DNA from: Bacilli bacterium
GTDB taxonomy: Bacteria > Bacillota_I > Bacilli_A > RF39 > UBA660
Reading direction: 5' to 3'
Assembly: GCA_022795155.1 (NCBI GenBank)
Contig: JAAWGF010000004.1
Span: 1,322 to 65,321 of the forward strand
Length of the DNA stretch: 64,000 bases
Of this stretch, positions 46,913 to 58,057 are shown piece after piece (position 1 is the stretch's first letter; each line of letters begins with the position of its first letter). Below the pieces are notes generated by a model. It had not been told where the DNA came from. It saw only the letters and a program-made list of their open reading frames with translations, and ran no database searches. The position numbers and the translations under genes are program-made.

Positions 46913-47902
46913 ATGAAAAAAATAATATCTGTTTTATCACTATTATTGATTTTATTAACTTGTGGGTGTCATAAAGAATTACAAACCGAAAAGAACGACT
47001 TAGTAAGTTATAACGGCAACTTGCAAGTCAACGGTATAAATTTACAAAATCAATACGGCGAAAACTTTCGTCTAAAAGGCATTAGTTCTCATAACCTTTA
47101 TTGGTTTGGGGACTTAATTAGTTATGATACTTTAAAAGAACTACGTGATAATTGGAATATAAATGTATTTAGAATTGCTATGTATACAGAAGAAGAAGGA
47201 TACATTAACAATAATAATATAAAATACAAAGTAGTTAATATCATTAATGCTGCCATTAAACTTGATATGTATGTCATTGTTGACTGGCATATTTTATCTG
47301 ATAATGACCCTAATATTTATATAGAAGAGGCCAAAGAATTTTTCAGCGAAATAGCTACATTATACAAAGATAAGCCAAATATTATTTACGAGATATGTAA
47401 TGAGCCTAATGGGGAAGATATTACTTGGAACAATGATATTAAGCCATATGCTGAAACGCTTATTTCTACAATTAGAGAAATTGATGAAGACGCAATAATT
47501 ATTGTTGGCACACCAAATTATTGTCAAGATTTTGATGAAGTTGTTACCAACCCAGTATATTATAAAAATATTATGTATGCTCTTCACTTTTATACAGGAA
47601 CACATAAAGATAAATTAATTGAGCATATAAGATTTGTTTTAGGGGCTAATATTCCGATATTTGTAAGTGAATGGGGGACAAGTACAGCTAATGGAAATGA
47701 TGGTGTCTTTTTTGAGGAATCAAATAAATGGCTTGAATTTTTAGATATATATAATATTAGTTGGATAAATTGGTCGCTAAGTGATAAAAATGAAAGTTCG
47801 GCAATTCTTCAACCTGACACAGGAATTTTAGGAATATTTGATGACAACTATTTATCAACTAGTGGTAAATATATTAAAAACAAGTTAAAAAAGAAATCAT
47901 AA
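46913..47902 (+). CDS. glycoside hydrolase family 5 endoglucanase (probable lipoprotein)
   Basis: NVFRIAMY, VIVDWHIL, IYEICNEPNG (acid/base Glu), ALHFYTGTH, FVSEWGTS (nucleophile Glu), and an N-terminal signal ending LLTCGC. Confidence 0.85.
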   Translation: MKKIISVLSLLLILLTCGCHKELQTEKNDLVSYNGNLQVNGINLQNQYGENFRLKGISSHNLYWFGDLISYDTLKELRDNWNINVFRIAMYTEEEGYINNNNIKYKVVNIINAAIKLDMYVIVDWHILSDNDPNIYIEEAKEFFSEIATLYKDKPNIIYEICNEPNGEDITWNNDIKPYAETLISTIREIDEDAIIIVGTPNYCQDFDEVVTNPVYYKNIMYALHFYTGTHKDKLIEHIRFVLGANIPIFVSEWGTSTANGNDGVFFEESNKWLEFLDIYNISWINWSLSDKNESSAILQPDTGILGIFDDNYLSTSGKYIKNKLKKKS

Positions 47903-48042
47903 TAATTTAAGATACACAATCGTGTATTTTTTTCTATATTAACATATGATATATTATCGTGTATAAATATGAAATAAAAATAGATATATTTACACGAAAT
48001 TTTTAGAGTGTTATAATAATTATAAATACTGGGGGGTATACG

Positions 48043-48699
48043 ATGTTACGAGTATCTCAAATCGATCGGCTAAAATTTGAAAAATCTTTAGCTAGTGGCT
48101 ATATTGACTACTTTAATACTGGTAAGTATTATGAGTTTTTAATAGATAATGATTTGCTAGCTTATGATGATGCGATTAATTGCTTTAAAAATAAAGGCTA
48201 TACAAATGCTAAGAAATTTAGATTGGTCTTATCCAAGAGTTTGAAAAACAAATATTCAAATATTGTAAATCCTAATTTATTATGTAAAATGACATCACTT
48301 ATCAATCCTAAAGAGATTGACAAACATGATAAAGAAAATATTGAAGATGATAAATTAAATGTCATCGCACTAATAGGTTTTCTTTATTTTGAAGAAATCG
48401 ATAGTAGTTTAGATTTAGAAAGCTTTATGGACAAATTTGCTATCCTAAAATATTTTGCACAACAACAATTATATAATAATCAAAATAGATTAGAAATAAG
48501 TATTAATGATTATCAGTATTTAAAAAATTATCCTAAACTTTTTTGTAATACTACTGAAAATAAACTTATGTATAAATCAAAAGAAGACATAGTAAATATT
48601 ATTGATAAGATAAGGCAAGTGACGGCTGTTACCGCCTTTAGTGAAGCTTGTTCTATTTATGAACAACAAATTTTTGGTAATTCATACAAAAAGATATAG
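48043..48699 (+). CDS. hypothetical protein
   Basis: GGGGGG RBS, 218 aa, no motif recognised. Confidence 0.5.
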   Translation: MLRVSQIDRLKFEKSLASGYIDYFNTGKYYEFLIDNDLLAYDDAINCFKNKGYTNAKKFRLVLSKSLKNKYSNIVNPNLLCKMTSLINPKEIDKHDKENIEDDKLNVIALIGFLYFEEIDSSLDLESFMDKFAILKYFAQQQLYNNQNRLEISINDYQYLKNYPKLFCNTTENKLMYKSKEDIVNIIDKIRQVTAVTAFSEACSIYEQQIFGNSYKKI

Positions 48700-48700
48700 A

Positions 48701-51700
48701 TTATGGCTCTATATCTTTTAATTTATTATCTAATATTGAATAAAGATAAATATTAACTCTTTTCTTTGCTTTTTTTTCAATATAATCTTTATATCCTAAC
48801 AATTGCTTATGATAAGCTATATCATCAATATTTTTAAATTTATAATCAATTATATCAATATAATCATCACGTTCAATCATTAAGTCAATTATCCCATGTC
48901 TCTTTATTCCGTCACAAATTTCCATAAATTCATACTCTTTATAAATAGTAGCCTTATCTAAATTATTAAAAATATCTAAATTAAGAAAATTTATAATATG
49001 TTGCTTATAAAAACTATCTATTTCATAATTATCTATATCTTTCTTTTTAAAATCAATGTTTTCTAATATATAATGTAAATAAGTACCCATGTGCATTTTC
49101 TTCTGTTCTTGTTTAGAAATAAAATGTGTATTTACCTTTGAATAAGTATCTTTTTTTTCTATCGCTTTATTAATTCTTAATTCAGTCATCATAAGTGGTT
49201 CTTTATTGGTTATAAATTTATTTAAATCAGTTATTTTTTTATTTAAATTATACCCATGTGAAAGATAAATGCTATTAAAATCAATTAATTTTTGATAAGG
49301 TCTTAAATCATCATTTAAAAAATTCAACATATCTAAAAATGAACGGAATTTTATTTTATCCTTTTTTATTAAACAATTATCATTTAACTCAGCTACTAAA
49401 ATCATTTGTTCTTTAGCTCTTGTTAATGCAACATAAAACAATCTAATTTTCTCGGATATTTCTTCCTCTATATACTTATTTTTTAATAGATACTTAAAAA
49501 TAGTTTTACCAATTCCTTCTTTAAAATAAGGTGTAATAATTCCATAATCTTTATCAAATAGAAATTTTTCATTTAAGTCTCTTAAATTAAATTCTTTATA
49601 TAATAAAGGGAAATAGCACAAACTAAATTCTAATCCCTTAGAGGCATGAATCGTCATTATTTGAACACTGTTAGGACTTTCTTTAGAAAGAGAAAATCTA
49701 ATATTATAATCATTTTTAATTAATTCATTTAAATAATTACTAAATTTCTCAATTGTGAAGCCTAATCCATCTAAATTGTTAGCTAAATCACATAAATAAT
49801 CAATTCTAATCATTCTATTTTGAACATAACCTAATTTAATCAAATTGTCAAAGAAATTAAAACTGCTTAATATCTCATTTATCAACATACTATTTGTATA
49901 AGTATCTAGATGTTTACTTAAAACTCTTAATTTTATATATAAATCATTATCCATAAAATTATCATTGTTAAACATCTCAAAAATAACATCATCAGTATAT
50001 GCCACAACAAAGCTACGAGCAATACTTGTAAATAAATATTTAAATTCAGTATCAAAAACATTATCTCTAATTTTAATTATTAACTTAATAATATTTTTAA
50101 TAACGACTATTTCTGTTCCACTATTTAAATTTTCGTCTTTATAAATTGTTAAAGGAATTTTCATAAACTCAAATATTTTTTTAAATAAATCAAAATTAGT
50201 TGCTCGATCAACTAAGATAGCAAAATCTTTGAATGTGCAGTCCCTTAACATAGAAGTTTCTTTATCAACAACTTGATATTTATTTTTTAGTTTATATAGA
50301 ATGTCATTAGCTATGATGAATACTTCTAATTCATCTTTAGTAAATCCCATATCCTTATCATAATTATAATTTAAAATATTCATATTATAATTTTTATTAC
50401 CTAACATTTTATCATAATTTTTATTACCATAGACCATCTCATGACCATTATTATAATTAGCCCCACCTAATGACGCTGTCATTAATTTTGAAAAGAGTAA
50501 ATTTATATTATTTAGGACTTCTTCTCTAGAACGGAAGTTTTTATTTAAGTCTATTTTAAGACTAAATTTATCTTTAGAATAGTTATCATATTTTCTTTTA
50601 AATAAATATGGATTAGCATTTCTAAAACGATAAATTGATTGCTTTATATCACCGACCATATAGACATTATTATCGCTAATTAAAGCAATTATTTTCTCTT
50701 GTATATCATTGGTATCTTGATACTCATCAATCATAATTTCTTGGTATTGCTTTTTAATTTCTAAACAAATATCTGGATTATTTTCTAAAATATTTATAAG
50801 TAACATTGATATATCATTAAATTCAAAAAGATTATATGTTCTTTTATAAATATCTAATTCTTTATCTAATCTTAAAATAATTTTAATAATGATTTTAGTA
50901 TAATCTTCTGTTGACAAAATAGATTCTCTAATTTCTTCTATATTATCATATATACTAATTTCTTGAATATCTTTTATTATTTCACTAATATTTTCTTTTA
51001 GATATTTTAAATCGCCATCGCTATTTTTAGGTAAATTAGCAAGCCTCAATTGTAAATTTTGTTTTATTTCATCATAATTATGAGCTTCCAATAGAGGAGA
51101 TAAAGTTTCATTTAATTTTATATAATAATCATAATCAATATTAGAGATATCTTCTAAGTAATTAGATATTTGGCCATTTTTAGATATAATTAAATCCTCA
51201 AATATTTTAATACTTTTATTAATATAATCATCTTTAAAAAACTTATTTATATAATTATCTAAATAGTCTTTTTTATTTATTAATAAGCTAACATTATGAT
51301 AAATCGACAAAATACCGGTTTTTAAGTCATTATCATCTTTAACACAAAAATCATTAACCAATTTGATAAAATTAGGCTCTTTATCTTTATATAAGTCTTC
51401 AAAAATGTTTTCTATAATTTCTTTACTTTGTAAGAAAATTAAGCTATCATCGGCAATGTCAATATGCTTTGGGAGATTTAATAAATAATGATATTTTTTT
51501 AAAATAGAAAGGGCAAAACTATCGAATGTGGTAATATAAGCTTGATTGATTAATGTTAATTGTTTTTTTAATTCAGGATATCCTTTAAGAGCTTTTCTAA
51601 TTCTTTCACGCATTTCATTAGCCGCTTTATTTGTAAATGTCAAAATTAATAATTCATTAATATTAACGCCAGCTTTTATTTTCCGAATGACTCTTTCAGT

Positions 51701-51805
51701 TAAGACGGCCGTTTTACCACTACCAGCCCCGGCACTTACAATAATTGATTTTTTATCTTCATTTATGGCCGTTAATTGCTCACTAGTCCATTTCATTTTT
51801 TTCAC
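48701..51805 (-). CDS. addA: ATP-dependent helicase/nuclease AddA
   Basis: UvrD-type motifs WTSEQLTAIN, VSAGAGSGKTAVLTERV, MIDEYQDTN, and a C-terminal RecB nuclease GIIDLMIERDDYIDIIDYK. It is downstream of addB with overlap. Confidence 0.9.
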   Translation of the reverse strand: MKKMKWTSEQLTAINEDKKSIIVSAGAGSGKTAVLTERVIRKIKAGVNINELLILTFTNKAANEMRERIRKALKGYPELKKQLTLINQAYITTFDSFALSILKKYHYLLNLPKHIDIADDSLIFLQSKEIIENIFEDLYKDKEPNFIKLVNDFCVKDDNDLKTGILSIYHNVSLLINKKDYLDNYINKFFKDDYINKSIKIFEDLIISKNGQISNYLEDISNIDYDYYIKLNETLSPLLEAHNYDEIKQNLQLRLANLPKNSDGDLKYLKENISEIIKDIQEISIYDNIEEIRESILSTEDYTKIIIKIILRLDKELDIYKRTYNLFEFNDISMLLINILENNPDICLEIKKQYQEIMIDEYQDTNDIQEKIIALISDNNVYMVGDIKQSIYRFRNANPYLFKRKYDNYSKDKFSLKIDLNKNFRSREEVLNNINLLFSKLMTASLGGANYNNGHEMVYGNKNYDKMLGNKNYNMNILNYNYDKDMGFTKDELEVFIIANDILYKLKNKYQVVDKETSMLRDCTFKDFAILVDRATNFDLFKKIFEFMKIPLTIYKDENLNSGTEIVVIKNIIKLIIKIRDNVFDTEFKYLFTSIARSFVVAYTDDVIFEMFNNDNFMDNDLYIKLRVLSKHLDTYTNSMLINEILSSFNFFDNLIKLGYVQNRMIRIDYLCDLANNLDGLGFTIEKFSNYLNELIKNDYNIRFSLSKESPNSVQIMTIHASKGLEFSLCYFPLLYKEFNLRDLNEKFLFDKDYGIITPYFKEGIGKTIFKYLLKNKYIEEEISEKIRLFYVALTRAKEQMILVAELNDNCLIKKDKIKFRSFLDMLNFLNDDLRPYQKLIDFNSIYLSHGYNLNKKITDLNKFITNKEPLMMTELRINKAIEKKDTYSKVNTHFISKQEQKKMHMGTYLHYILENIDFKKKDIDNYEIDSFYKQHIINFLNLDIFNNLDKATIYKEYEFMEICDGIKRHGIIDLMIERDDYIDIIDYKFKNIDDIAYHKQLLGYKDYIEKKAKKRVNIYLYSILDNKLKDIEP

Positions 51806-54179
51806 CTTCTAAAAATTCTAGGTTTTTATATTCTATTAAATTTACAATATCATCATCTGTCATGAAACATAACTCTTTATATTTACAGTATTGACAACCA
51901 ATTAAATTTTTAATACCGATTTTTTTGGGATTGATAAAAAATTCTCTATTCAAAATTTTATCTCGGGCTTCCGTAACTTTTTTATCAACTATCTTAAGCA
52001 ATCTATCGAGCATCTCTTGACTAAAAATTTTACTATTGGCATGAAAACCTTTAGAACAAAGTCTTAATCCTTTAATTAATTTACTATCTTGATAACTATT
52101 ATCAAATTGTTTTAGAATAACCTCATTATCGATACTATAACCTTGTAATTTTAGATTTTCTGATTTTAAAGTCAGATAATCTTTTTTTGGCGTAATATTA
52201 ATTTCTTTATTTAAAATTTTCTGAAGATAAATACCTACTAATTTAGGATTTTCAAACGCTTCCATTTTGGAACATAAATATGCATAAATACATAATTGCA
52301 TTTCTAAACCATAAATAATATTATTTAAATTAAGGCTAGGATTACCAGTCTTATAATCAATTATAGAAATTAATGTTTGTTCATTATCTTTTTTATACAT
52401 TATTTTGTCAATAATACCCTTAAAAACAACTTCAAAATCATCAGTTGATAAATCAATTTCGCCTTTCTTTTCAAATAAATAATTTGTTAAAGATGTATAT
52501 TGCTCTTGTTCCTTAATAGTATTAATAATAAAATCTAATTCTCTTTTTAATTTCTGAATAAAAAATTCTTCTTTATAGCTAGATACTTGATAATTATCAT
52601 TTATATATTGGTTAAAACTTGTTTCAAAATTAAAGTTATCATTATACATTATAGATAATATATAATGAAAAAGTTTGCCTATAAATAAAGTAAAATCATT
52701 ATCGAACATACTTAGTTTTAATACATTTTCGCAATAATATCGAAAACCGCAACGATAAAAATTATCAATGGTTGAATAAGATAATGAAAGTTTTCTTTTC
52801 TGATAATTTTTGAATGCTTCTTCTTTAATTATCGTATATTGATTATTATATTTTTTATAGGGTAGATTAGAAAATGTATTATAAAGAACTGGCAAATTAT
52901 GATTTGCTACTCCGTATTTTAAATATTCATCAATGTATTTAGCCAGAATCAGCTGATCATTTAATTTTGAATAATGAAAATTTTGTTTTGGATTTTTCAC
53001 AATTTGAAATCCCTGATTGTCAATAACTTCTGATTTATAATAAACATTAAATGGCGTTTTTAATTTATATGAAATACTTAAATTTTTAATTTTGCTGATT
53101 TTTTCAATTAAGCATCTATATGAAATTTCATTTTTTTCTGATGTTACTTCAAGATTAAGCAATTTTTTTAAGGCATCATCTAAATATTCATCATCTTTAT
53201 ATACAAGTGGATAATTATTTTGATTAAAACCAACTATAAAAATAAATTCATCATCATTAAATATGTTATTTTCTAATGGGACAAATTCAATTTTTTGTTC
53301 AAGATTTTCATAGGCAATTTTTGTTCTCTTAAATTCTTCAATTAACAGATTTTCGATTTGTTTAAAATTATCACACCAATTATATTTATTGCAAATTTGA
53401 ACGATTTGATTATACTCTATAAGAGCTAATTCGTCGTTATTATCTAAGGTTTCTTTTAGGCTATTTAATGTTTCTTCAATATTTTCGCTTAAAAAATTAA
53501 AAAAATCGGCAACCATTTTTGTTGAAATAAGATAATCTGTCATTAAATTGAATGGAATTTTAAATATTGTAAAGGTACGTTTAATAATACTTAAATATTC
53601 ACTACTAGGATTGATAATTTTTATTTTGTTAATATCTGTGCCATCTGTAATAAGTTTACAAATTTGGCAAGCTAAAAAATTTACTTCATCCTCGATATTT
53701 TCAAATTCATAAATATCATGATTATAATTAGTCTGCTTAAAAGGAATTATTTCAAAATTTAAATCAGCAAGCATATTGTTAAAAAATTTGTCTATCCAAT
53801 CAAATCCATAAACGTATATCTTTCTTTTCGTTACATTAATTTTAAAGAAGGGGTCTATAATTAATAAGTTAGCAGTTATTAATTCTTGCTTTATCTCAAC
53901 TAAAAGGTCTAGTTTTGGATTTTCATAATTTTTAGAATTAATATAATATAAATTATTTATAATATCTAAACAAAAGTCATAAGAGAAATGATATTTTTGC
54001 ATTAAAAAATATATAGTTTCTGTTGTATAATCAAAGTAATATTTCTTTTTAAAATCATCTAAACTCATTAACTTAATATTAGTAAGTTTTTTGCTTTCAT
54101 TTAACTTTAATAATACTTTTTCTTTTAATTGGTTTGGTATAATAATAATTGAATTATTTTCTAAATTTTGAAAATCCAT
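51783..54179 (-). CDS. addB: helicase-nuclease subunit AddB/RexB (compact, 798 aa)
   Basis: C-terminal nuclease GIIDKIMY...IIDYKTG, and Fe-S cysteines CGFRYYC ... CQYCKYKELC. The N-terminus (MDFQNLENNSIIIIPNQL) has no Walker A. Confidence 0.8.
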   Translation of the reverse strand: MDFQNLENNSIIIIPNQLKEKVLLKLNESKKLTNIKLMSLDDFKKKYYFDYTTETIYFLMQKYHFSYDFCLDIINNLYYINSKNYENPKLDLLVEIKQELITANLLIIDPFFKINVTKRKIYVYGFDWIDKFFNNMLADLNFEIIPFKQTNYNHDIYEFENIEDEVNFLACQICKLITDGTDINKIKIINPSSEYLSIIKRTFTIFKIPFNLMTDYLISTKMVADFFNFLSENIEETLNSLKETLDNNDELALIEYNQIVQICNKYNWCDNFKQIENLLIEEFKRTKIAYENLEQKIEFVPLENNIFNDDEFIFIVGFNQNNYPLVYKDDEYLDDALKKLLNLEVTSEKNEISYRCLIEKISKIKNLSISYKLKTPFNVYYKSEVIDNQGFQIVKNPKQNFHYSKLNDQLILAKYIDEYLKYGVANHNLPVLYNTFSNLPYKKYNNQYTIIKEEAFKNYQKRKLSLSYSTIDNFYRCGFRYYCENVLKLSMFDNDFTLFIGKLFHYILSIMYNDNFNFETSFNQYINDNYQVSSYKEEFFIQKLKRELDFIINTIKEQEQYTSLTNYLFEKKGEIDLSTDDFEVVFKGIIDKIMYKKDNEQTLISIIDYKTGNPSLNLNNIIYGLEMQLCIYAYLCSKMEAFENPKLVGIYLQKILNKEINITPKKDYLTLKSENLKLQGYSIDNEVILKQFDNSYQDSKLIKGLRLCSKGFHANSKIFSQEMLDRLLKIVDKKVTEARDKILNREFFINPKKIGIKNLIGCQYCKYKELCFMTDDDIVNLIEYKNLEFLEGEKNEMD

Positions 54180-54358
54180 ATAACCACCTAAATTATTATA
54201 ACATATTCATCCTTAATTTTAATTAATTTATAGTAAAATTAAAGAAGAATTTAATTTATGACATATCACTTTTTAACTATAAACGATTTGACAAAATTAA
54301 TATTTTACGTTATTATATGCTTTAAAGTTTAGTTCATTAAATGAGCAAGGAGGAAAAA

Positions 54359-54823
54359 ATGGAAAATATAAAACCAAAGCCTTTTTTAAAAAGACTTAGT
54401 GAAGAACAATTAAAAGAGTTGATAATGTTATGTGGTAAGAAAGAAAATATAAGCGAATTTAAAAAAATTCCAAGTTTAGATTATATAAATTTGCAACTTC
54501 CTACCAAAAAAGAGGAATGGGATTTAGGAGAATATTTATATATTAATGTGCATATAGGACAAGACTTACCATTATTTCAAGAATATCAATTAAATGATTT
54601 TGAAATGTTAGAATGTAGTGGTTACTCTAAGGTAAAATATAATGAATTACTACGTGAGTATTTAACAATTCAATTTGGCGAAGAATATATTGAGTATTTG
54701 TTTAATAAACACGTTAGTGATGCGACAGAAGAAAAAGAAACATTAACTATCTATTATCAAGAACATAAAGAGGAGTTATTAACTTCAAACAAAGTTTATC
54801 GAAAGAGTACTTTTAATAAGTAA
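54359..54823 (+). CDS. hypothetical protein
   Basis: AAGGAGG RBS precedes ATG 54359. No motif recognised. Confidence 0.5.
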   Translation: MENIKPKPFLKRLSEEQLKELIMLCGKKENISEFKKIPSLDYINLQLPTKKEEWDLGEYLYINVHIGQDLPLFQEYQLNDFEMLECSGYSKVKYNELLREYLTIQFGEEYIEYLFNKHVSDATEEKETLTIYYQEHKEELLTSNKVYRKSTFNK

Positions 54824-54931
54824 TTATATTATTTATGACTTTAAATCGGAGAGAGTAAAAATCTCTGATTTTTAATTGATTTCCAAATGTTTGTATGATA
54901 AAATTAAATTAGAATGGAAGGTTGATATTAC

Positions 54932-55456
54932 ATGAAATCAAAAAATGTTAGTATACCTAGACGTAATTATATAATTTTCTTTATAATGGTTGTATTTACT
55001 ATCGCTTTAACACTCGTTTTTAGAAATTGGTATAATTTAAATAAGGATTTAAACAAAAAGAATACTATTATGTCAAAGTTTTTAGTTAGTGTTAATGAAG
55101 AAGAGTTTTCTAACTACATTATGGAAAATAACAATGTTTTAATTTATTTAGCTAGTAGTAAAGATGAAAGTTTAGAAGAGTTTGAGCTGCAGCTTAAAAA
55201 TATGCTGATAAAATATAACTTACAAGAACAAATTATTTTTATAGATTTAAGTCAAGTTGATAATACTTTTTTTACAAGTTTAACAGAAAATTATTTTTCA
55301 GATAATTTAAAGAATATTAAATTGTCAAATTTTAATAATATTTTGATAATGGAAAATGGAAAAATTAACGCTATTTTATATACTAAGCAAACTAAAATAA
55401 ATATTGAAGATGTTGATAAATTTTTTTATGATAGAGGAGTTATTGCACAAGCATGA
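54932..55456 (+). CDS. hypothetical membrane-anchored protein
   Basis: One N-terminal TM helix and a domain of about 130 aa lacking Cys. The stop overlaps the trmL start (ATGA). Confidence 0.5.
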   Translation: MKSKNVSIPRRNYIIFFIMVVFTIALTLVFRNWYNLNKDLNKKNTIMSKFLVSVNEEEFSNYIMENNNVLIYLASSKDESLEEFELQLKNMLIKYNLQEQIIFIDLSQVDNTFFTSLTENYFSDNLKNIKLSNFNNILIMENGKINAILYTKQTKINIEDVDKFFYDRGVIAQA

Positions 55457-55959
55457 TAAATGTTGTTTTATTTGAACCAGAAATTCCAGGCAATACTGGA
55501 AATATTATGCGGACATGTGCTGGCACTGGAACAAAATTACACCTTATAAAACCATTAGGGTTTTCTTTAGAAGATAAATATATAAAGCGTTCTGGTGTTA
55601 ATTATATTGATTATTGCGATTATACAGTTTATGAAAATTTCGAGGATTTTTTAAATAAAAATAAAGGAACTTATTATTTTTTAACGAGGTATGGCCATAA
55701 GCCACATGATTCATTCGACTATTCTAATGTTGACGAAAATATTTATTTAATTTTTGGCAAAGAAAGTACAGGTATTCCCAAAGAAATATTAAAAGAACAT
55801 TTGGATTATTGTATGCGGATTCCAATGAATTCAAATATTAGAGCATTAAATTTATCTAATTCTGTTGCGATTATGGTTTATGAAGTGTTAAGGCAACAAA
55901 ATTATCGAGATTTACTTAGAAATGAGCCATTTAAGGGCGAATATTATTTAGAAAGTTAG
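55453..55959 (+). CDS. trmL: tRNA (cytidine/uridine-34 2'-O)-methyltransferase TrmL (SpoU/TrmH class)
   Basis: MINVVLFEPEIPGNTGNIMRTCAGTGTKLHLI, YLIFGKESTGIP, LNLSNSVAIMVYE. Confidence 0.85.
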   Translation: MINVVLFEPEIPGNTGNIMRTCAGTGTKLHLIKPLGFSLEDKYIKRSGVNYIDYCDYTVYENFEDFLNKNKGTYYFLTRYGHKPHDSFDYSNVDENIYLIFGKESTGIPKEILKEHLDYCMRIPMNSNIRALNLSNSVAIMVYEVLRQQNYRDLLRNEPFKGEYYLES

Positions 55960-56018
55960 ACTTGTTAAACGAAACGAATCGTGGTATTATATTGAAAGAA
56001 TAAGAAAGGGTGCTTTTT

Positions 56019-57089
56019 ATGGATATAAATGCTTTTATAGTTGATAACTTTATTATAATTGTAGTTATAGCTATTGTTTTAATTATGACAATTATCGGAT
56101 TTATTGCTAAACAAACAGGGTTTGGGGGAAAGGTTTCATCGCGAAATCAACAAAATAATTTGGGTGATGATAGCGATATTGAACAATTAAACGAAATTGT
56201 TGAAAATTTTGATAATAGTAAAACTAACAATGAGGCATTAGATGCTTTGGATACAATAGCGCCAAATTTTAATGATGGTGGTTTAGTTATTGGTGATGTT
56301 AATCAAAATCCTGCTATAACTAATCAAGAGCTTGGTATATCGGAAGATTTATATGCACCATTTGGAGATGATACAAAATCTAAAGAGGTATCAATTGAAG
56401 ATTTGAAAATTGAAGATGTAGAAGAGTCTGATGATTTTAATATCATTGACAAAGATAATCTAAATAATGAAACGGTTGATGAATTAGTCATTGAGGATGT
56501 TAATCCAACTACTGGGACTTTTGATAACCAAGAACTCGAAAATTTACAAATTGAAGATGTAAATGCAACAGAAAATTCTGATAGCGAGATTTCTCAATCA
56601 GTTGACCCTGTTGTAGAAGAAATCAATAATTTAGTTGATAATACTTTTGTAATTAATGATGGGACTTCCGATTTTGATAAAAATGAAATTGCTGAAGAAA
56701 AAAACGAAGAGCAGGAAAGCGAACCAGTATCAGAGCCTTCTAAAGTAGAACAATTTGATATTGGTGAAGGTGAACTTGCAGATGAAGAAACAAATGATTT
56801 TGAAATCGAAGCTACTACTAATCTAAAGTTAGACGAAATTAATGAGAAAATAAAAAATTTGAAATTAGAGGATTTAGATAATCAAAATTTAGATGATGAT
56901 ATAGAAGAAGTAAAAAAGGCAAAAAAGAAAAAAACAGTTAGTGTTAAAAGTGTTGATGAAATAAAAAAAGATTCGTCAAGGGGAAAAAATGAGAATATAG
57001 ATGTTGTTGCAGACTTACCACTACCTAGTTTAAATGAAGTCGGTGATGATAAGGATATTAGTGAAGAAGACGATATTTGGAACTTTTAA
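56019..57089 (+). CDS. membrane-anchored hyper-acidic repeat protein
   Basis: N-terminal TM helix, then a D/E/N-rich sequence with the recurring motif xIEDV (LKIEDVEE, LVIEDVNP, LQIEDVNA). Confidence 0.55.
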   Translation: MDINAFIVDNFIIIVVIAIVLIMTIIGFIAKQTGFGGKVSSRNQQNNLGDDSDIEQLNEIVENFDNSKTNNEALDALDTIAPNFNDGGLVIGDVNQNPAITNQELGISEDLYAPFGDDTKSKEVSIEDLKIEDVEESDDFNIIDKDNLNNETVDELVIEDVNPTTGTFDNQELENLQIEDVNATENSDSEISQSVDPVVEEINNLVDNTFVINDGTSDFDKNEIAEEKNEEQESEPVSEPSKVEQFDIGEGELADEETNDFEIEATTNLKLDEINEKIKNLKLEDLDNQNLDDDIEEVKKAKKKKTVSVKSVDEIKKDSSRGKNENIDVVADLPLPSLNEVGDDKDISEEDDIWNF

Positions 57090-57238
57090 AGGCTAAAAAA
57101 TTATTTTTAGTTTTTTTCTTCTACAATTATCCAACAATAAAATTTAGACTTTTTAATTACTAAATTATACTCAATTAAAAAATATTGGTGTTTAGATTTA
57201 TTCGTGATATAATATATACATAATATTGGAGGTATGAC

Positions 57239-58057
57239 ATGACAATAGATGGAATATTAGATTTACTAAAAAAATTATTAGATGTACTGATTGTTTGGCT
57301 AGTATTGTATTATATATTAAAAAATTTAAGAAGAAATGTTAAAATGGTTCTTTTATTTAAAGGCGTTTTAGTCATTTTGATTTTAAAAATAATTAGTGAT
57401 ATTTTAAATTTAACAACTATTGGTTATTTACTAGACTATGTAATTACGTGGGGACCATTAGCTTTAATTGTTATCTTTCAACCAGAGATTCGTAATGTCT
57501 TAGAACAATTAGGCCGTAGCCAACTTCTAGGCCGTCATAAAGTTTTAACAGTTGATGAACGTGAAAAAGTTGTTTATGAAATTACAAGTGCTATGGATCA
57601 ACTTAGAAAAAACCGAATTGGAGCTTTAATGGTTATAGAAAGAGACCAAAGCCTTAATGAGTATATCTCTAAATCTAAAAAAATATATGCTGATATTTCT
57701 AGCGATTTATTAATTGCCATCTTTTTCCCAAATAATCCTCTTCATGATGGGGGGGTAATTATTCAAGGAGATAAAATTACTAGTGCAGGGGCTGTTTTCC
57801 CAACTAGTGACAATTTACGTATTAGCAAGAGGTTAGGAACTCGTCATAGGGCAGCCTTAGGCGTTGCTGAAGAAACAGATTGTATATCATTAATCGTCTC
57901 CGAGGAAACAGGAAGAGTTTCAATGGCTGTTAATTCTGAATTACATTATAACTTAACCATGGATGAATTAAAAATTCTCCTTTTAGAAGAATTAAGACCT
58001 AAAAAGGTTATTATACCTGATGATGAGGAGGAAACAAACAATGAAGAAAACAACTAA
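57239..58057 (+). CDS. cdaA: diadenylate cyclase CdaA (DacA)
   Basis: Three N-terminal TM helices and a DAC domain with PLHDGGVIIQG and GTRHRAALGVAEETD. Confidence 0.92.
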   Translation: MTIDGILDLLKKLLDVLIVWLVLYYILKNLRRNVKMVLLFKGVLVILILKIISDILNLTTIGYLLDYVITWGPLALIVIFQPEIRNVLEQLGRSQLLGRHKVLTVDEREKVVYEITSAMDQLRKNRIGALMVIERDQSLNEYISKSKKIYADISSDLLIAIFFPNNPLHDGGVIIQGDKITSAGAVFPTSDNLRISKRLGTRHRAALGVAEETDCISLIVSEETGRVSMAVNSELHYNLTMDELKILLLEELRPKKVIIPDDEEETNNEENN

